Positions 1-10,708 of a stretch of 52,944 nt of DNA are shown here, piece by piece. This stretch comes from Bacteroidota bacterium (GTDB lineage: Bacteria; Bacteroidota; Bacteroidia; Bacteroidales; PUMT01): contig PUMT01000022.1 of the NCBI GenBank assembly GCA_003551495.1, positions 1 to 52,944 of the forward strand, given 5' to 3'. How positions within the stretch are numbered: the stretch's first letter is position 1; every line of letters begins with the position of its first letter. The position numbers were made by a program, and so were the translations under genes. The notes beneath the pieces were generated by a model. The model was not told where the DNA came from, did not search any database, and saw nothing but the letters and a program-made list of their open reading frames with translations.

Positions 1-115
1 ATGGCGACAGGAGAGGGAGTGCACTGGAAGCCCTTGAGTGAATAAACCATAACAGAAAAACACCATAATGGCGGCAGGACAGGAAGGACACTGGAAGCCC
101 CTGATATAATAAACC
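1..115. repeat. Two imperfect 48-bp direct repeats (1-48 and 68-115), 67-bp period
   Basis: atggcgacaggagagggagtgcactggaagcccttgagtgaataaacc vs atggcggcaggacaggaaggacactggaagcccctgatataataaacc; 39/48 identical by eye. May continue left of the window. Confidence 0.75.
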
Positions 116-187
116 CCGCCAAATGACCAGGTACAAAGACCGGAAGACGGGGTTTTATAAAATGAGAAACCGAAACCTTTGCAGGAA

Positions 188-2131
188 TTATTTCTTCTTC
201 CCTCCACCGGCTTTACGGGGTGTACTCTTCTGCGGTTTTTTCTTTTTTGCGGCTGCCTGCTGACTCTTTTGCCTGGCCATCTGTTCCATCCGCGCCTGGA
301 ACTTTGATTTTTTCCGGGGCTTCTTTTTATTTTCGTTTATTTTCCTCAAAATAGCCTCGTCATCAACAAATCTTTTTATTATTCCTATCTGGCCGAATGT
401 GATCATGTTGGTGAGGAAATAATAGTAGCTCAAGGCAGAGGCATAGCTGTTGAATATGAACAACAACATAACAGGCATCATGTACATCATTGACTTCATG
501 CCGGGCATCTGACTTGAACCGGCGGTCATTTTGCTGTTCATTCTGGTGTAAATTACAGTCGATACACACATCAGCAAAGTAAAAAGGCTGACATGATCAC
601 CATACCAGGGTATTGTAAACGGCAGCTCGAGAATAGAATCATATGTTGAGAGGTCTTCAGCCCACAGAAAACTCTCCTGTCTCAGCTCGAAAGAAGTGGG
701 GAAAAACCTGAACATTGCAATAAGTATGGGAAGCTGAATAAGCATAGGAAGACATCCACCCATAGGGTTAACACCAGCCCTTTTGTACAGGTCCATCATA
801 GCCTGCTGCCGCTCCATGGCCTTATCCTTTGGTATCCTTTCGTTTATTTCGTCAACCTGTGGTTTAAGCACCCTCATTTTGGAAGTTGACATATGCGACT
901 TGTATGTCAGCGGGAATATTATGATCTTTATAAATATTGTAAGAAGCAGTATTATAATACCGTAATTGGATGTATACCTTTCCAGAAAATTGAATACCGG
1001 AATAATTACGTAGCGGTTAACCCATCCGAATATTCCCCACCCTAGAGGAACCATTTTCTCAAGAGCAAGGTCATACCCGTTTTCACCCCCGTAATCAGAT
1101 GCATAAGCTTTAAGGGTGTTATAGTGGTTTGTGCCGAAGTAAAAGTTGAAACCCAGCCTTTCCTGTGGATTGCCGTCATATGGAAGCCTCATTTCAGCCG
1201 TAAAGTTCCTGAGGTATCTTTCTTCATCAAGCTTCTCCTGCTTAACATACCCACTTAGAAAATTATCTTCAGCTATCAGTACTGAAGAAAAAAACTGATG
1301 CTTGAATGCCACCCACTTAAGGCGTGTCCGTATCTCTTCTTCATCCATGCTCCTTCTTTCAGAAAGCCTGTCCAGATCATCAGCAAAATGCTTGAAATAA
1401 AGTGAAGTATAGTTGTTTTCATGCTGAGGATTTTTTTCCATTCCCGGCATATTGACCTCCCAGTAAAGGTCAATAAAGTTGGCAGCAGATCCCAGAAGCT
1501 CGTTCATCCCTACAAGATTTATCTCAAATCCAAGCATATAGCTGCCGGGTTCCATTGTATAAACATATTCAATATATCTGCCTTCTCCAGCATGCAGGCG
1601 CAATGCCAGTGACGCCGGTCCGGATTCTGCAACAATCCTCTCCTGATCTGAAACAGGTGTGAAAAAAAGATTGTTGGTGGAAATACTCCTGTTCTGTGCA
1701 AAAAAGTTGAGTCCAAATGAATTTTCATCGCCATCAAAAAGTATAAGAGGCAATGAATCAAAAGTTTTATATTCTTTAAGCTCTACCGAATATGGCCTGC
1801 CTCCCTTTTTTGAAACAGTCAGGGCAATATGTTCGTTTTCAAGAATATAAAAATCCTCCTCGCCTTCTCCTGCCCCGGCAAAAGGTCCGTACAGCCTTTC
1901 AAGGTCTTCCGCCGGTTCAGCTTCAGGGTCTTCCTCAGGATGTTCCTCAACAAGCGCTTCTTCCGGGTCAGCCAGACGTTCCCTTTCCTCCTGCTCCCTT
2001 CTTACCTGCTCAAGCGAATCACGCTCACGTCTCGCCCTTTCTATCTCTTCCTGCGAGGGCTGGTTTAATACACTGAAGATGATCAGTATTAATCCTATAA
2101 GCAATATTCCTATTATTGAATTTCTGTCCAT
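188..2131 (-). CDS. yidC: Membrane protein insertase YidC
   Basis: N-terminal TM, large periplasmic domain, then YGIIILLLT, GVNPMGGCLPMLIQLPIL and FLWAEDLS motifs; basic C-terminal tail. Confidence 0.97.
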   Translation of the reverse strand: MDRNSIIGILLIGLILIIFSVLNQPSQEEIERARRERDSLEQVRREQEERERLADPEEALVEEHPEEDPEAEPAEDLERLYGPFAGAGEGEEDFYILENEHIALTVSKKGGRPYSVELKEYKTFDSLPLILFDGDENSFGLNFFAQNRSISTNNLFFTPVSDQERIVAESGPASLALRLHAGEGRYIEYVYTMEPGSYMLGFEINLVGMNELLGSAANFIDLYWEVNMPGMEKNPQHENNYTSLYFKHFADDLDRLSERRSMDEEEIRTRLKWVAFKHQFFSSVLIAEDNFLSGYVKQEKLDEERYLRNFTAEMRLPYDGNPQERLGFNFYFGTNHYNTLKAYASDYGGENGYDLALEKMVPLGWGIFGWVNRYVIIPVFNFLERYTSNYGIIILLLTIFIKIIIFPLTYKSHMSTSKMRVLKPQVDEINERIPKDKAMERQQAMMDLYKRAGVNPMGGCLPMLIQLPILIAMFRFFPTSFELRQESFLWAEDLSTYDSILELPFTIPWYGDHVSLFTLLMCVSTVIYTRMNSKMTAGSSQMPGMKSMMYMMPVMLLFIFNSYASALSYYYFLTNMITFGQIGIIKRFVDDEAILRKINENKKKPRKKSKFQARMEQMARQKSQQAAAKKKKPQKSTPRKAGGGKKK

Positions 2132-2165
2132 TCCGTTTTATTTTTTCTCCGCAAACAGTTTTGTT

Positions 2166-3785
2166 TCAGTTATCCTCTTTTTTTATTGTAAGTACCGATT
2201 TTATAAAATCAACAAATAATGGATGAGGTTTTAGTACCGTACTCTGATATTCAGGATGGAACTGTACTCCTATGAACCATTTATGATCAGGGATCTCCAT
2301 AATTTCAACAAGACCTGTTTCAGGATTCATACCTGAAGCTTTCATTCCCGCTTTTTCATACTCATCCAGATATTGATTATTGAATTCATAACGGTGCCGA
2401 TGACGTTCACGTATATTTTTTTTCTTATAAATTTCATATACCCTGCTCTTCTCATCTATGGTACAGTCGTATGCCCCCAGTCGCATAGTCCCTCCCTTGT
2501 CTATTACCCCCTTTTGTTCTTCCATCAGATCTATAACCGGGTAAGGTGTCCTCCTGTCCATCTCCCTGGAATTGGCTCCTGTCATTTTCAGAACAGACCT
2601 TGCAAACTCTATTACTGCACACTGCAGTCCAAGGCAGATGCCGAAGAAAGGGATATTGTTCTGACGTGCAAACCTTACAGCGGCAATTTTACCTTCCACT
2701 CCCCTGCTACCGAAACCGGGTGCTACAATAATGCCGCTGAAGTCACCCAGAAGCTGCTCTACATTGCTTTCATTAATATTCTCTGAATGAATGTTTGTTA
2801 CACTCACTTTACAATCATTTACTGCCCCGGCATGTACAATAGATTCTGAAATTGATATGTACGAATCCGGCAACTCCACATATTTGCCTACCAGCGCAAT
2901 TCTGGTTTTTTTTAGCGGGTTCTTTACTTTGTCAACAAATTTTTTCCAGTGGGCAAGATCGGCCTCTTTCCCCTCAGGCATACGCAGCTTTTTGAGGGTT
3001 ATTACATCCAGCCTCTCCTTTTTCATCATCAGTGGCACTTCATATATTGTGCTGGCATCAATAGATTCGATTACCGAACTTATATCAACGTTACAGAACA
3101 ATGCCACTTTTTTCCTTATGTCGGTATTAAGAGGTTTTTCGGTGCGCATAACCAGGATATCCGGTTGAATACCGTTCTCCAGCAACAGTTTCACCGAATG
3201 CTGTGTGGGTTTGGTTTTAAGTTCCCCGGAAGCACCCAGGAAAGGAACCAGTGTAAGGTGTATTACTATTGCGTTTTCTGATCCGAGTTCCCACTTGAGC
3301 TGCCGGATCGCTTCCAGGTAAGGCTGGGATTCGATGTCCCCCACTGTGCCGCCAATCTCTGTGATGATAAAATCGAAATTGTGTTTTGTTCCAAGCACTT
3401 TTATCCGCCGTTTGATCTCATCCGTAATATGCGGTATCACCTGAACAGTCTTACCCAGATAGTCTCCCTTGCGTTCTTTGTTGATAACGGACTGGTACAC
3501 GGAGCCTGTTGTGATATTGTTGTCCTGTGTGGTCGGCAGGTTGATAAACCTTTCATAGTGTCCAAGGTCAAGATCCGTTTCGGCACCGTCATTTGTAACA
3601 TAGCATTCGCCATGTTCATAAGGGTTCAGTGTTCCGGGATCAACATTTATGTAAGGATCGAGCTTTTGAATAGTAACTGAAAAGCCCCTGGCTTGAAGAA
3701 GCTTGGCCAGAGATGCTGATATTATCCCCTTCCCCAGTGATGAGGCAACACCTCCGGTAACGAAAATATATTTTTTTGTAGGCAA
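2166..3785 (-). CDS. pyrG: CTP synthase
   Basis: KYIFVTGGVASSLGKG, KLDPYINVDPGT, glutaminase GICLG and QFHPE motifs; TTG start. Confidence 0.98.
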   Translation of the reverse strand: MPTKKYIFVTGGVASSLGKGIISASLAKLLQARGFSVTIQKLDPYINVDPGTLNPYEHGECYVTNDGAETDLDLGHYERFINLPTTQDNNITTGSVYQSVINKERKGDYLGKTVQVIPHITDEIKRRIKVLGTKHNFDFIITEIGGTVGDIESQPYLEAIRQLKWELGSENAIVIHLTLVPFLGASGELKTKPTQHSVKLLLENGIQPDILVMRTEKPLNTDIRKKVALFCNVDISSVIESIDASTIYEVPLMMKKERLDVITLKKLRMPEGKEADLAHWKKFVDKVKNPLKKTRIALVGKYVELPDSYISISESIVHAGAVNDCKVSVTNIHSENINESNVEQLLGDFSGIIVAPGFGSRGVEGKIAAVRFARQNNIPFFGICLGLQCAVIEFARSVLKMTGANSREMDRRTPYPVIDLMEEQKGVIDKGGTMRLGAYDCTIDEKSRVYEIYKKKNIRERHRHRYEFNNQYLDEYEKAGMKASGMNPETGLVEIMEIPDHKWFIGVQFHPEYQSTVLKPHPLFVDFIKSVLTIKKEDN

Positions 3786-3895
3786 GGTATTAGAATTTTG
3801 TTACTAAACTAAAAGTTTGCAAAGTAACAATTATTTTCGAAAAAATACAACGGTAATATATCCCAGCCATTTGCGAAAATTAAATACCCCTGCCA

Positions 3896-5929
3896 TTAAA
3901 GATAGTCCATCTCGTCAATCATCCTGATCTTTTTTTCAAGCAACTCTTTCTGCTTTTTGCCTCTCTCGATCTTCTCCCTGAACTCTTTTATCATAGGATC
4001 GGCGTTTTTTGAGCTGGAAAAAAACCCGATATTGTTCTCCCATAAAACAAGATCATTTTCAAGCTGCTTAAGTTTATTCATAAACTTTTCTCTCTCAAAT
4101 CCAAGTTTTTGCTCTGCATTTGGTTTTTGTTTAACCTCTTCAAGCTTGCTCCTGTACTTTAGCAGCCTTTTCTGGTATTCATCCATCCTGAGGTTTTCAA
4201 AGTGCTTGTCAAGCGCCGCCCTGTAGCGCTTCTGAAAATCTTCTTTTTGCTTTATAGGAACGAAACCGATATTTGCCCATTCCCTCTGAAACTCCTTGAG
4301 CACCTTAAGATTGGCGTCAACATCTTCTTTCAGTTCAAAACTCTCGATCTTTTCAATCAACTCGTTCTTCTTTCTTAAATTTTCTTCGTATTCTTCATTT
4401 ATTGATGAAAAGTATTCGCTCTTTCTGTTGAAAAAATGATCACAGGCAGCCCTGAAACGCTTCCATATAGAATCATAGTATTTCCTGGGTACGGGACCGA
4501 TCTCTTTCCATTTTTTCTGCAACCTGATCAGCTCATCTGTAGTCTTCTTCCAGTCAGTGCTATCCTTAATCTCTTCTGCATGAGCACATAATTCAAGTTT
4601 TTTCTGGTAATTCCCGTTCAACAACTCTTTGTTCTGGTTGCCGAATTCTCTCTTTCTGGTAAAAAACTCATCGCATGTCTTTTTGAACCGCTGATAAATC
4701 TTATTGTTATCCTTTTTGGGCGCAAACCCAATGGTTTTCCACATCCTTTGCAGCTCAATCATCTCCCTGGCACTCTTCTCAGCATCCTTGAGGCTCTCCA
4801 TAGGCCTGGCATTGATAGCCTCCGCCTTTTCACATAAAACAACCTTGGTCTGCAGGTTCTTTCTCTGTGTTTCCTTCATCTCCTCAAAATAGGCCTGATG
4901 CTTTTTGTTGATCTTTTGTGTTATTTCCCTGAAACGCTCCCAGATCACATCCTTCTGGTCGCGGGGAACCGGTCCTGTTTCCCTCCACTGATCGTGATAT
5001 TTCTGAAGTGTCTTAAAAGCATTCACCACTGAAGGTTCAAGCAGAAGCTCTTCAGCTTTTTCGCAAAGTTCCAGCTTGGCTTCCAGGTTTTTCTTCAGGT
5101 CAAGGTCCCTTAACTCTTTGTTTATCTTTACGTGGTCGTAGAATAACTCAACATAATGATTATAAGTATTCCACAAGTCCTTCAGGTTTTGCTGGGGAAC
5201 CATCCCAATGGAACGCCACCTCTTTTGCAGTTCCCTGAACTTCTGAAAATCCTTATTTATATCTTCACTGCTTTCAATAAGCTTCTTCAGCTCCTCGATA
5301 ATACCGTACTTTTCTTCAAGGTTTCTGGACTTTTGGTCTTCCATTTCACGGTTAAATGATGCCTTCATTTTACGGAAATCCAGATAAAGTTCCTTGAACC
5401 TTGTTTCCAAAGGATCTTCAGCAGGCATAAAGTCTTCCGGATTACCTCCCTCGATAAGGAATTTTTTCCGCTTCTTCTCCATTTCGGCTTTTTGCCTTTT
5501 GTAAAAATTCACCCTTATGACCTCGACTTCATCCTTTATATCCTGATAAGAACCCGATACAAGAAGATCATCAAGTGCGCCAACGAGTTCATCCCTCTCC
5601 ATACTATGGTAATCTGCCTGCTTCTTTTCAGGGACTGGTTCTTTAACTTCTTCATCCGATGTGACTTTATCCTCATTCACTTTTTCTGCAACACCGGAGT
5701 CTGTTTCTCCCGAAACGTTATCCTCTCCCGATCCCTCTTTTGGAGATGCGGATTCTTCCTTTTGTTCAGATTCTGTTTCCTCTTTTGGAGATGCTGACTG
5801 ACTTCCGGTACTCTTCTCCTTTTCCTTTCCGGTGTTATTTTCAGCAGATTTCCCTGTATTACCGGAATTATCCTGATCTTTTTCCGGTTGCTCATCCTGA
5901 GCAGAGCTGTTCACATCGTAGATATGCAT
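3896..5929 (-). CDS. DUF349 domain-containing protein
   Basis: Acidic disordered N-terminus followed by repeated helical units (LQxxWxxIGxVP...IWxRF) typical of DUF349. Confidence 0.88.
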   Translation of the reverse strand: MHIYDVNSSAQDEQPEKDQDNSGNTGKSAENNTGKEKEKSTGSQSASPKEETESEQKEESASPKEGSGEDNVSGETDSGVAEKVNEDKVTSDEEVKEPVPEKKQADYHSMERDELVGALDDLLVSGSYQDIKDEVEVIRVNFYKRQKAEMEKKRKKFLIEGGNPEDFMPAEDPLETRFKELYLDFRKMKASFNREMEDQKSRNLEEKYGIIEELKKLIESSEDINKDFQKFRELQKRWRSIGMVPQQNLKDLWNTYNHYVELFYDHVKINKELRDLDLKKNLEAKLELCEKAEELLLEPSVVNAFKTLQKYHDQWRETGPVPRDQKDVIWERFREITQKINKKHQAYFEEMKETQRKNLQTKVVLCEKAEAINARPMESLKDAEKSAREMIELQRMWKTIGFAPKKDNNKIYQRFKKTCDEFFTRKREFGNQNKELLNGNYQKKLELCAHAEEIKDSTDWKKTTDELIRLQKKWKEIGPVPRKYYDSIWKRFRAACDHFFNRKSEYFSSINEEYEENLRKKNELIEKIESFELKEDVDANLKVLKEFQREWANIGFVPIKQKEDFQKRYRAALDKHFENLRMDEYQKRLLKYRSKLEEVKQKPNAEQKLGFEREKFMNKLKQLENDLVLWENNIGFFSSSKNADPMIKEFREKIERGKKQKELLEKKIRMIDEMDYL

Positions 5930-6225
5930 ATGGCCACAAAGATTTGTTTCAATTTACCCCTTCAAGGGTATAACGGCTCAACTTTATCTTTCATGCCTGT
6001 AAAAGGCATAAAATTAAACCATGTAATTTCAATTAGCCCAAAATACTAAAATAAAAAATGTAGATGAAATTATTTCACCCTAATTATAACTCAGGCAAGA
6101 TGAAAAAATTTTATTAGAAATCCTCATCTGTTTCATTACAGATCGGAGTAAAGTGTATTGAATAAGGATCCCGGCTGTGAAAAACAGGAGGAAAGTGACA
6201 CTTTGCAGGGAAGAATTGAAAATCG

Positions 6226-6233
6226 TACTTTTG
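6226..6233 (+). promoter_or_regulatory. Bacteroidota sigma-A -7 element (TAnnTTTG) upstream of trmD
   Basis: TACTTTTG(C) ending 14 nt before the ATG at 6248. Confidence 0.55.
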
Positions 6234-6247
6234 CAAAAAACTTTTTT

Positions 6248-6937
6248 ATGCGCATAGATATCTTAACCATACTGCCTGAACTTATGGAAAGCTTTTTCAG
6301 TCACTCCATAATCAGGCGCGCCATAGAAAACAAAGTTGCAGAAATTCACCTTCATAATATCCGCGATCATGCAACCGGAAAGCACAGGCAGGTTGACGAT
6401 TACGCATTCAGTGGTGATGCCGGGATGGTAATGATGATCGAGCCTGTTGACAGGGCTATACAGGCACTAAAAAAAGAGAGGGATTACGATGAAGTGATAT
6501 ATCCTACTCCTGATGCAAAACCATACACGCAAAAAATTGCAAACAGGCTTTCCACTTTGCGGAACATTATTATTCTGTGTGGTCATTATAAAGGTGTTGA
6601 CCAGAGGGTAAGAGACCATCTTGTTACATGCGAAATATCTATAGGCGACTATGTTATTACCGGAGGAGAACTTGCGGCAGCAGTTATAACCGACTCGGTT
6701 ATAAGGCTCCTTCCGGGTGCTATTTCGGATGAAACCTCCGCCCTGACCGATTCGTTCCAGGACAACCTGTTGTCGCCTCCTGTTTATACAAGACCTGCTG
6801 AATACAAAGGCTGGAAAGTTCCGGAAATACTTTTATCGGGTAACCGTAAGGAGATCTTCAAATGGAAACATGAGCAGGCTGTCAGACGTACCAGGCTTCT
6901 AAGGCCGGGGTTGCCGGACAGGGAAGAAACAGGATAA
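6248..6937 (+). CDS. trmD: tRNA (guanine37-N1)-methyltransferase
   Basis: MRIDILT start, [36 protein letters not shown]. Start moved from 6158 to the ATG at 6248. Confidence 0.96.
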   Translation: MRIDILTILPELMESFFSHSIIRRAIENKVAEIHLHNIRDHATGKHRQVDDYAFSGDAGMVMMIEPVDRAIQALKKERDYDEVIYPTPDAKPYTQKIANRLSTLRNIIILCGHYKGVDQRVRDHLVTCEISIGDYVITGGELAAAVITDSVIRLLPGAISDETSALTDSFQDNLLSPPVYTRPAEYKGWKVPEILLSGNRKEIFKWKHEQAVRRTRLLRPGLPDREETG

Positions 6938-7011
6938 CCCGGGAAAGGTGATGTTCTAGCCTGCCGGCAAGACAAAAAGTAATTTTTTCAATATATAAAT
7001 AACCAAAAAAA

Positions 7012-8001
7012 ATGATTATGCAAAAAGTACTGGGAATAGGCAATGCTCTGGTTGATATAATGACAAGGCTGGATGACGAATCGTTTCTGAAAAAGTTCAA
7101 CCTGCCAAAAGGCAGTATGCAGCTTGTTGACAGGGTTGAAATGACAAAGATAGCTGATGCATCAGAGGGTCTTAAGCGGAAAAGAACAAGTGGTGGTTCC
7201 GCAGCCAATACAGTTCACGGACTTGCACGGCTGGGTGTTGAAACCGGGTTTATAGGGAAGGTTGGCAATGATGAAACCGGGGATTTCTTTTACAATGACC
7301 TTCAGAAAAACAATATTAAGCCTCTCCTTTTGCGAAGCAACACCGAAACCGGACGTGCACTGGCTCTTGTTTCTCCTGATTCGGAAAGGACGTTCGCAAC
7401 ATTCCTGGGTGCAGCAGTGGAGCTTTCACCTTCAGACCTGCAGGAAGATATGTTTTCAGGATTCAGCTACCTTCACATTGAAGGTTACCTTGTACAAAAT
7501 CATGAACTGCTTAAGGAAATAGCCTCAACCGCCAAAAAACACAATATGAAGATCTCACTTGACCTGGCAAGCTTTAATGTTGTGGAAGATAATATTGAAT
7601 TTCTCCGGCCTTTTGCAGAAAATTATATTGATATACTTTTTGCCAACGAAGAAGAAGCAACGGCTTTCACAGGGAAAGACCCCCTGGGGGCACTTGATGA
7701 AATGGCCGGTTTGTGTGAAATAGCAGTGGTAAAGGTAGGTAAAAAGGGATCATTTGTAAAAAAGGGGGATGAACAGTATTCAATTGATCCCATCAGGGCG
7801 AAACCTGTCGATACCACAGGTGCGGGAGACGCTTATGCCGCCGGTTTCATATACGGACTGGCAAATAACTTCACTTTGGAAATATGCGGCAAAACCGGTT
7901 CACTGCTTGCCGGTAAAGTAATAGAGGGTACAGGGGCTAAAATGGACGATGAGAAATGGGGTGAAGTGAAACAGCTTTTAAAAGAGATTACTACCGGCTG
8001 A
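7012..8001 (+). CDS. PfkB-family carbohydrate/adenosine kinase
   Basis: GIGNALVD, GGSAANT, ANEEEA and DTTGAGDAYAAG signatures. Confidence 0.92.
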   Translation: MIMQKVLGIGNALVDIMTRLDDESFLKKFNLPKGSMQLVDRVEMTKIADASEGLKRKRTSGGSAANTVHGLARLGVETGFIGKVGNDETGDFFYNDLQKNNIKPLLLRSNTETGRALALVSPDSERTFATFLGAAVELSPSDLQEDMFSGFSYLHIEGYLVQNHELLKEIASTAKKHNMKISLDLASFNVVEDNIEFLRPFAENYIDILFANEEEATAFTGKDPLGALDEMAGLCEIAVVKVGKKGSFVKKGDEQYSIDPIRAKPVDTTGAGDAYAAGFIYGLANNFTLEICGKTGSLLAGKVIEGTGAKMDDEKWGEVKQLLKEITTG

Positions 8002-8057
8002 CCAGTCCACTAAAAACAACAGGAAATGTTTAGCAAAAATATATGGGAAGCAGGAAA

Positions 8058-9236
8058 TCACTTCCTGCTGTCCCATGCTTCTTTAATCTTCTCGAGAGCC
8101 TCTGTCAACAAAGGCCTGGGGCATCCAATATTCATCCGCATAAATCCTTCGCCTCCGGGGCCGTAATCTGTTCCGCGGTTGAGACCTACACACGCCTCCT
8201 CCACAAAAAAGTTTTCCAGCTCTTCATCCCCCATGCCGGTTTCCCTGCAATCCAGCCATAAAAGGTAAGTTGCTTCAGGTTTCAGAACTTTTATATCCTT
8301 TATATGCCTGTTGAAGAAATCATCGGCATAGATATAATTATCGTAAATATAAACCATGAGCTGATCAAGCCACTCTTCACCATTGTTATATGCAGCCTCA
8401 AGTGCCGAAAGCCCGAAAATATTCACATTGTGCAGGTGAATATTCCTTACCATGCTGCAAAACTTCTCTCTCAGCTCTTCATTTGATATAATAATGGCAG
8501 AAGTGGCCAGTCCTGCAACATTGAAAGTCTTGCTGGGAGACATGCATGTAACGATTTTGTCAAATTCACCCCCTGTCACTTTCAGTGCCGGTGTATGGAT
8601 ACACCCTTCATGCACCATGTCGGAATGTATTTCATCTGAAACCAGTACTATTCCGTAGCGCCTGCATATATCGGTCACCTTTTCAATCTCTTCCTTGCTC
8701 CATACACGGGCTGCAGGGTTATGTGGACTGCAAAACAGCATCAGTCTGACACCTGATGCAGCTTTTTCTTCAAGGTCATCAAAATCTATCTGATAGCTTT
8801 CGTTAACAAGCTTTAGCTGGTTGTTGAGCACCTCCCTTCCGCTTTCAGTTATTGATGTGAAAAAAGGAGGATATACCGGTGACTGCAACAATACCTTTTC
8901 GCCTGGATCGGTATAAACCATAACAGATATGGTAAGGGCAGGGATAACACCGGGAGTGAACACTATCCACTCTTCATCTATATCCCAGTCGTGCCTCAAT
9001 TTCATCCACCTCTTAACAGCCTTGTAATATTTTTCTGTAAGCACATTGTACCCGTAAATTTCATGGGATGCCCTTCTTTTTACAGCATCTACAATAAAAG
9101 GCGGGGTTTTGAAGTCCATATCTGCAACCCACATAGGTAAAAGATTGCAGCTTCCGAAATAATTCTCCTGTCCGTCGTATTTTTGCGAATCGGTATTTGT
9201 CCGGTTGACTATTTCATCAAAACAGTACTTTTTCAT
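8058..9236 (-). CDS. PatB/MalY-family PLP-dependent C-S lyase (cystathionine beta-lyase-like)
   Basis: LPMWVADMDF, CSPHNP, SDEIH, SPSKTFN (PLP lysine), ATYLLWLD, RMNIGCP. Confidence 0.92.
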   Translation of the reverse strand: MKKYCFDEIVNRTNTDSQKYDGQENYFGSCNLLPMWVADMDFKTPPFIVDAVKRRASHEIYGYNVLTEKYYKAVKRWMKLRHDWDIDEEWIVFTPGVIPALTISVMVYTDPGEKVLLQSPVYPPFFTSITESGREVLNNQLKLVNESYQIDFDDLEEKAASGVRLMLFCSPHNPAARVWSKEEIEKVTDICRRYGIVLVSDEIHSDMVHEGCIHTPALKVTGGEFDKIVTCMSPSKTFNVAGLATSAIIISNEELREKFCSMVRNIHLHNVNIFGLSALEAAYNNGEEWLDQLMVYIYDNYIYADDFFNRHIKDIKVLKPEATYLLWLDCRETGMGDEELENFFVEEACVGLNRGTDYGPGGEGFMRMNIGCPRPLLTEALEKIKEAWDSRK

Positions 9237-9289
9237 CAGAACAAACTATTTTAATTTATTAAAAATATCAAAAAGCCATCTATTACAAG

Positions 9290-9297
9290 CAAATATA
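9290..9297 (-). promoter_or_regulatory. Bacteroidota -7 element upstream of the PatB gene
   Basis: TATATTTG(C) on the minus strand about 55 nt before the start. Confidence 0.45.
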
Positions 9298-9579
9298 ATA
9301 ATGTGTTTCAACTGATGGATTCCCCGCATTTATTCATTTCATTTTGTGAATCTTCAGAATCATGGGGAATTCATGATATTACCTTTTTAAAAACAGTTTC
9401 AAAAATAGTATTTTACTTTGTTAATCCAATATTTTGATTTTTTCGCCGTTTGTTCTCCATTTCAACAATATTATAAGCATGTTGGACATGAAACAATTTA
9501 GTTTTATTTTTGGTGATGAAGTGAGGCGGCATTTGTTAACATCAGAATCAAATAACTTGCTAATAATAAAATATATTAA

Positions 9580-10674
9580 ATGAGAAGAGTATTGATAGGC
9601 ACCGGAGGTGGTGATTGTCCGGGATTGAACGCTGTAATAAGAGGGGTTGTCAAACGAGCTTCCATGGAGAAAGAGTGGGAGGTGATCGGAAGCATCAACT
9701 CGTTTGACGGCATCCTCCGGGAGCCCACCGAAATTGTTGTCCTTGACGAAAAAGCGGTATCGGGAATTCATTTCAGGGGCGGTACAATTATCGGCACAAC
9801 CAACAAGGGTGGGCCATTTGCATGGCCGGTGAAAAAGAGTGACGGAACCTGGGAGACTGCTGACAGGTCTGATGAAATGATAAGAAAACTGGGATATATG
9901 GGTGTAGAGGCAGTAATAAATGTGGGGGGCGACGGTTCACAAAGAATATCCCAGGCGCTTTTCGAAAAAGGACTGAACATTATAGGTGTGCCAAAAACCA
10001 TTGACAATGACCTGCCTTTCACGGACTTTACATTCGGATATCAAACTGCAGTACAGATAGCAACTGAAGCAGTTGACAAGCTTGTAACAACTGCCGCGAG
10101 CCATAACCGAATACTGATACTTGAGGTTATGGGGCGCGATGCGGGCTGGATAGCTCTTAATTCTGCAATTGCAGGTGGTGCGGAAGTGTGCCTTATACCG
10201 GAGATCCCTTATGATATAAAAAAGGTTGTTGAGCGTCTTGAGTCCAGGTTCTCGAAAGGAAAGGGGTTCGCCAATATTGTAATTGCAGAGGGAGCAATGC
10301 CTGTAGGCGGCAAACCCTCAATCGAAGAAGTGGATGAAGTAGGCTATAAAAACAGAAAGCTTCGCGGAGCGGCCGCAAGACTTTCCGACGAGCTGAAAGC
10401 CGAAGGTGTCAAACCCGATATAAGGGAAACTGTGCTTGGTCACCTTCAGAGAGGGGGGATCCCTGTTGCATACGACCGCATCCTTGCCACTCAGTTCGGT
10501 GTAAAAGCATTTGAAATGGTGATGGAAAAGAAATACGGTGAAATGGTTGCATACAGGCATCCCAATATCGTATCGATACCACTTGTAGATGCAATACAGA
10601 AAAAGAAATATGTAAGACTTGAATCAGACCTGGTTAATACAGCAAGAGGAATAGGGATATCACTGGGGGATTGA
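9580..10674 (+). CDS. pfkA: 6-phosphofructokinase, PfkA family (GGDG + PKTIDND type, probably ATP-dependent)
   Basis: TGGGDCPGLNA, GGDGS, PKTIDND, EVMGRDAGW, LGHLQRGG. Confidence 0.93.
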   Translation: MRRVLIGTGGGDCPGLNAVIRGVVKRASMEKEWEVIGSINSFDGILREPTEIVVLDEKAVSGIHFRGGTIIGTTNKGGPFAWPVKKSDGTWETADRSDEMIRKLGYMGVEAVINVGGDGSQRISQALFEKGLNIIGVPKTIDNDLPFTDFTFGYQTAVQIATEAVDKLVTTAASHNRILILEVMGRDAGWIALNSAIAGGAEVCLIPEIPYDIKKVVERLESRFSKGKGFANIVIAEGAMPVGGKPSIEEVDEVGYKNRKLRGAAARLSDELKAEGVKPDIRETVLGHLQRGGIPVAYDRILATQFGVKAFEMVMEKKYGEMVAYRHPNIVSIPLVDAIQKKKYVRLESDLVNTARGIGISLGD

Positions 10675-10708
10675 CCCTTTTTATGGCATAGCATAATTAC
10701 ACTTCTCT

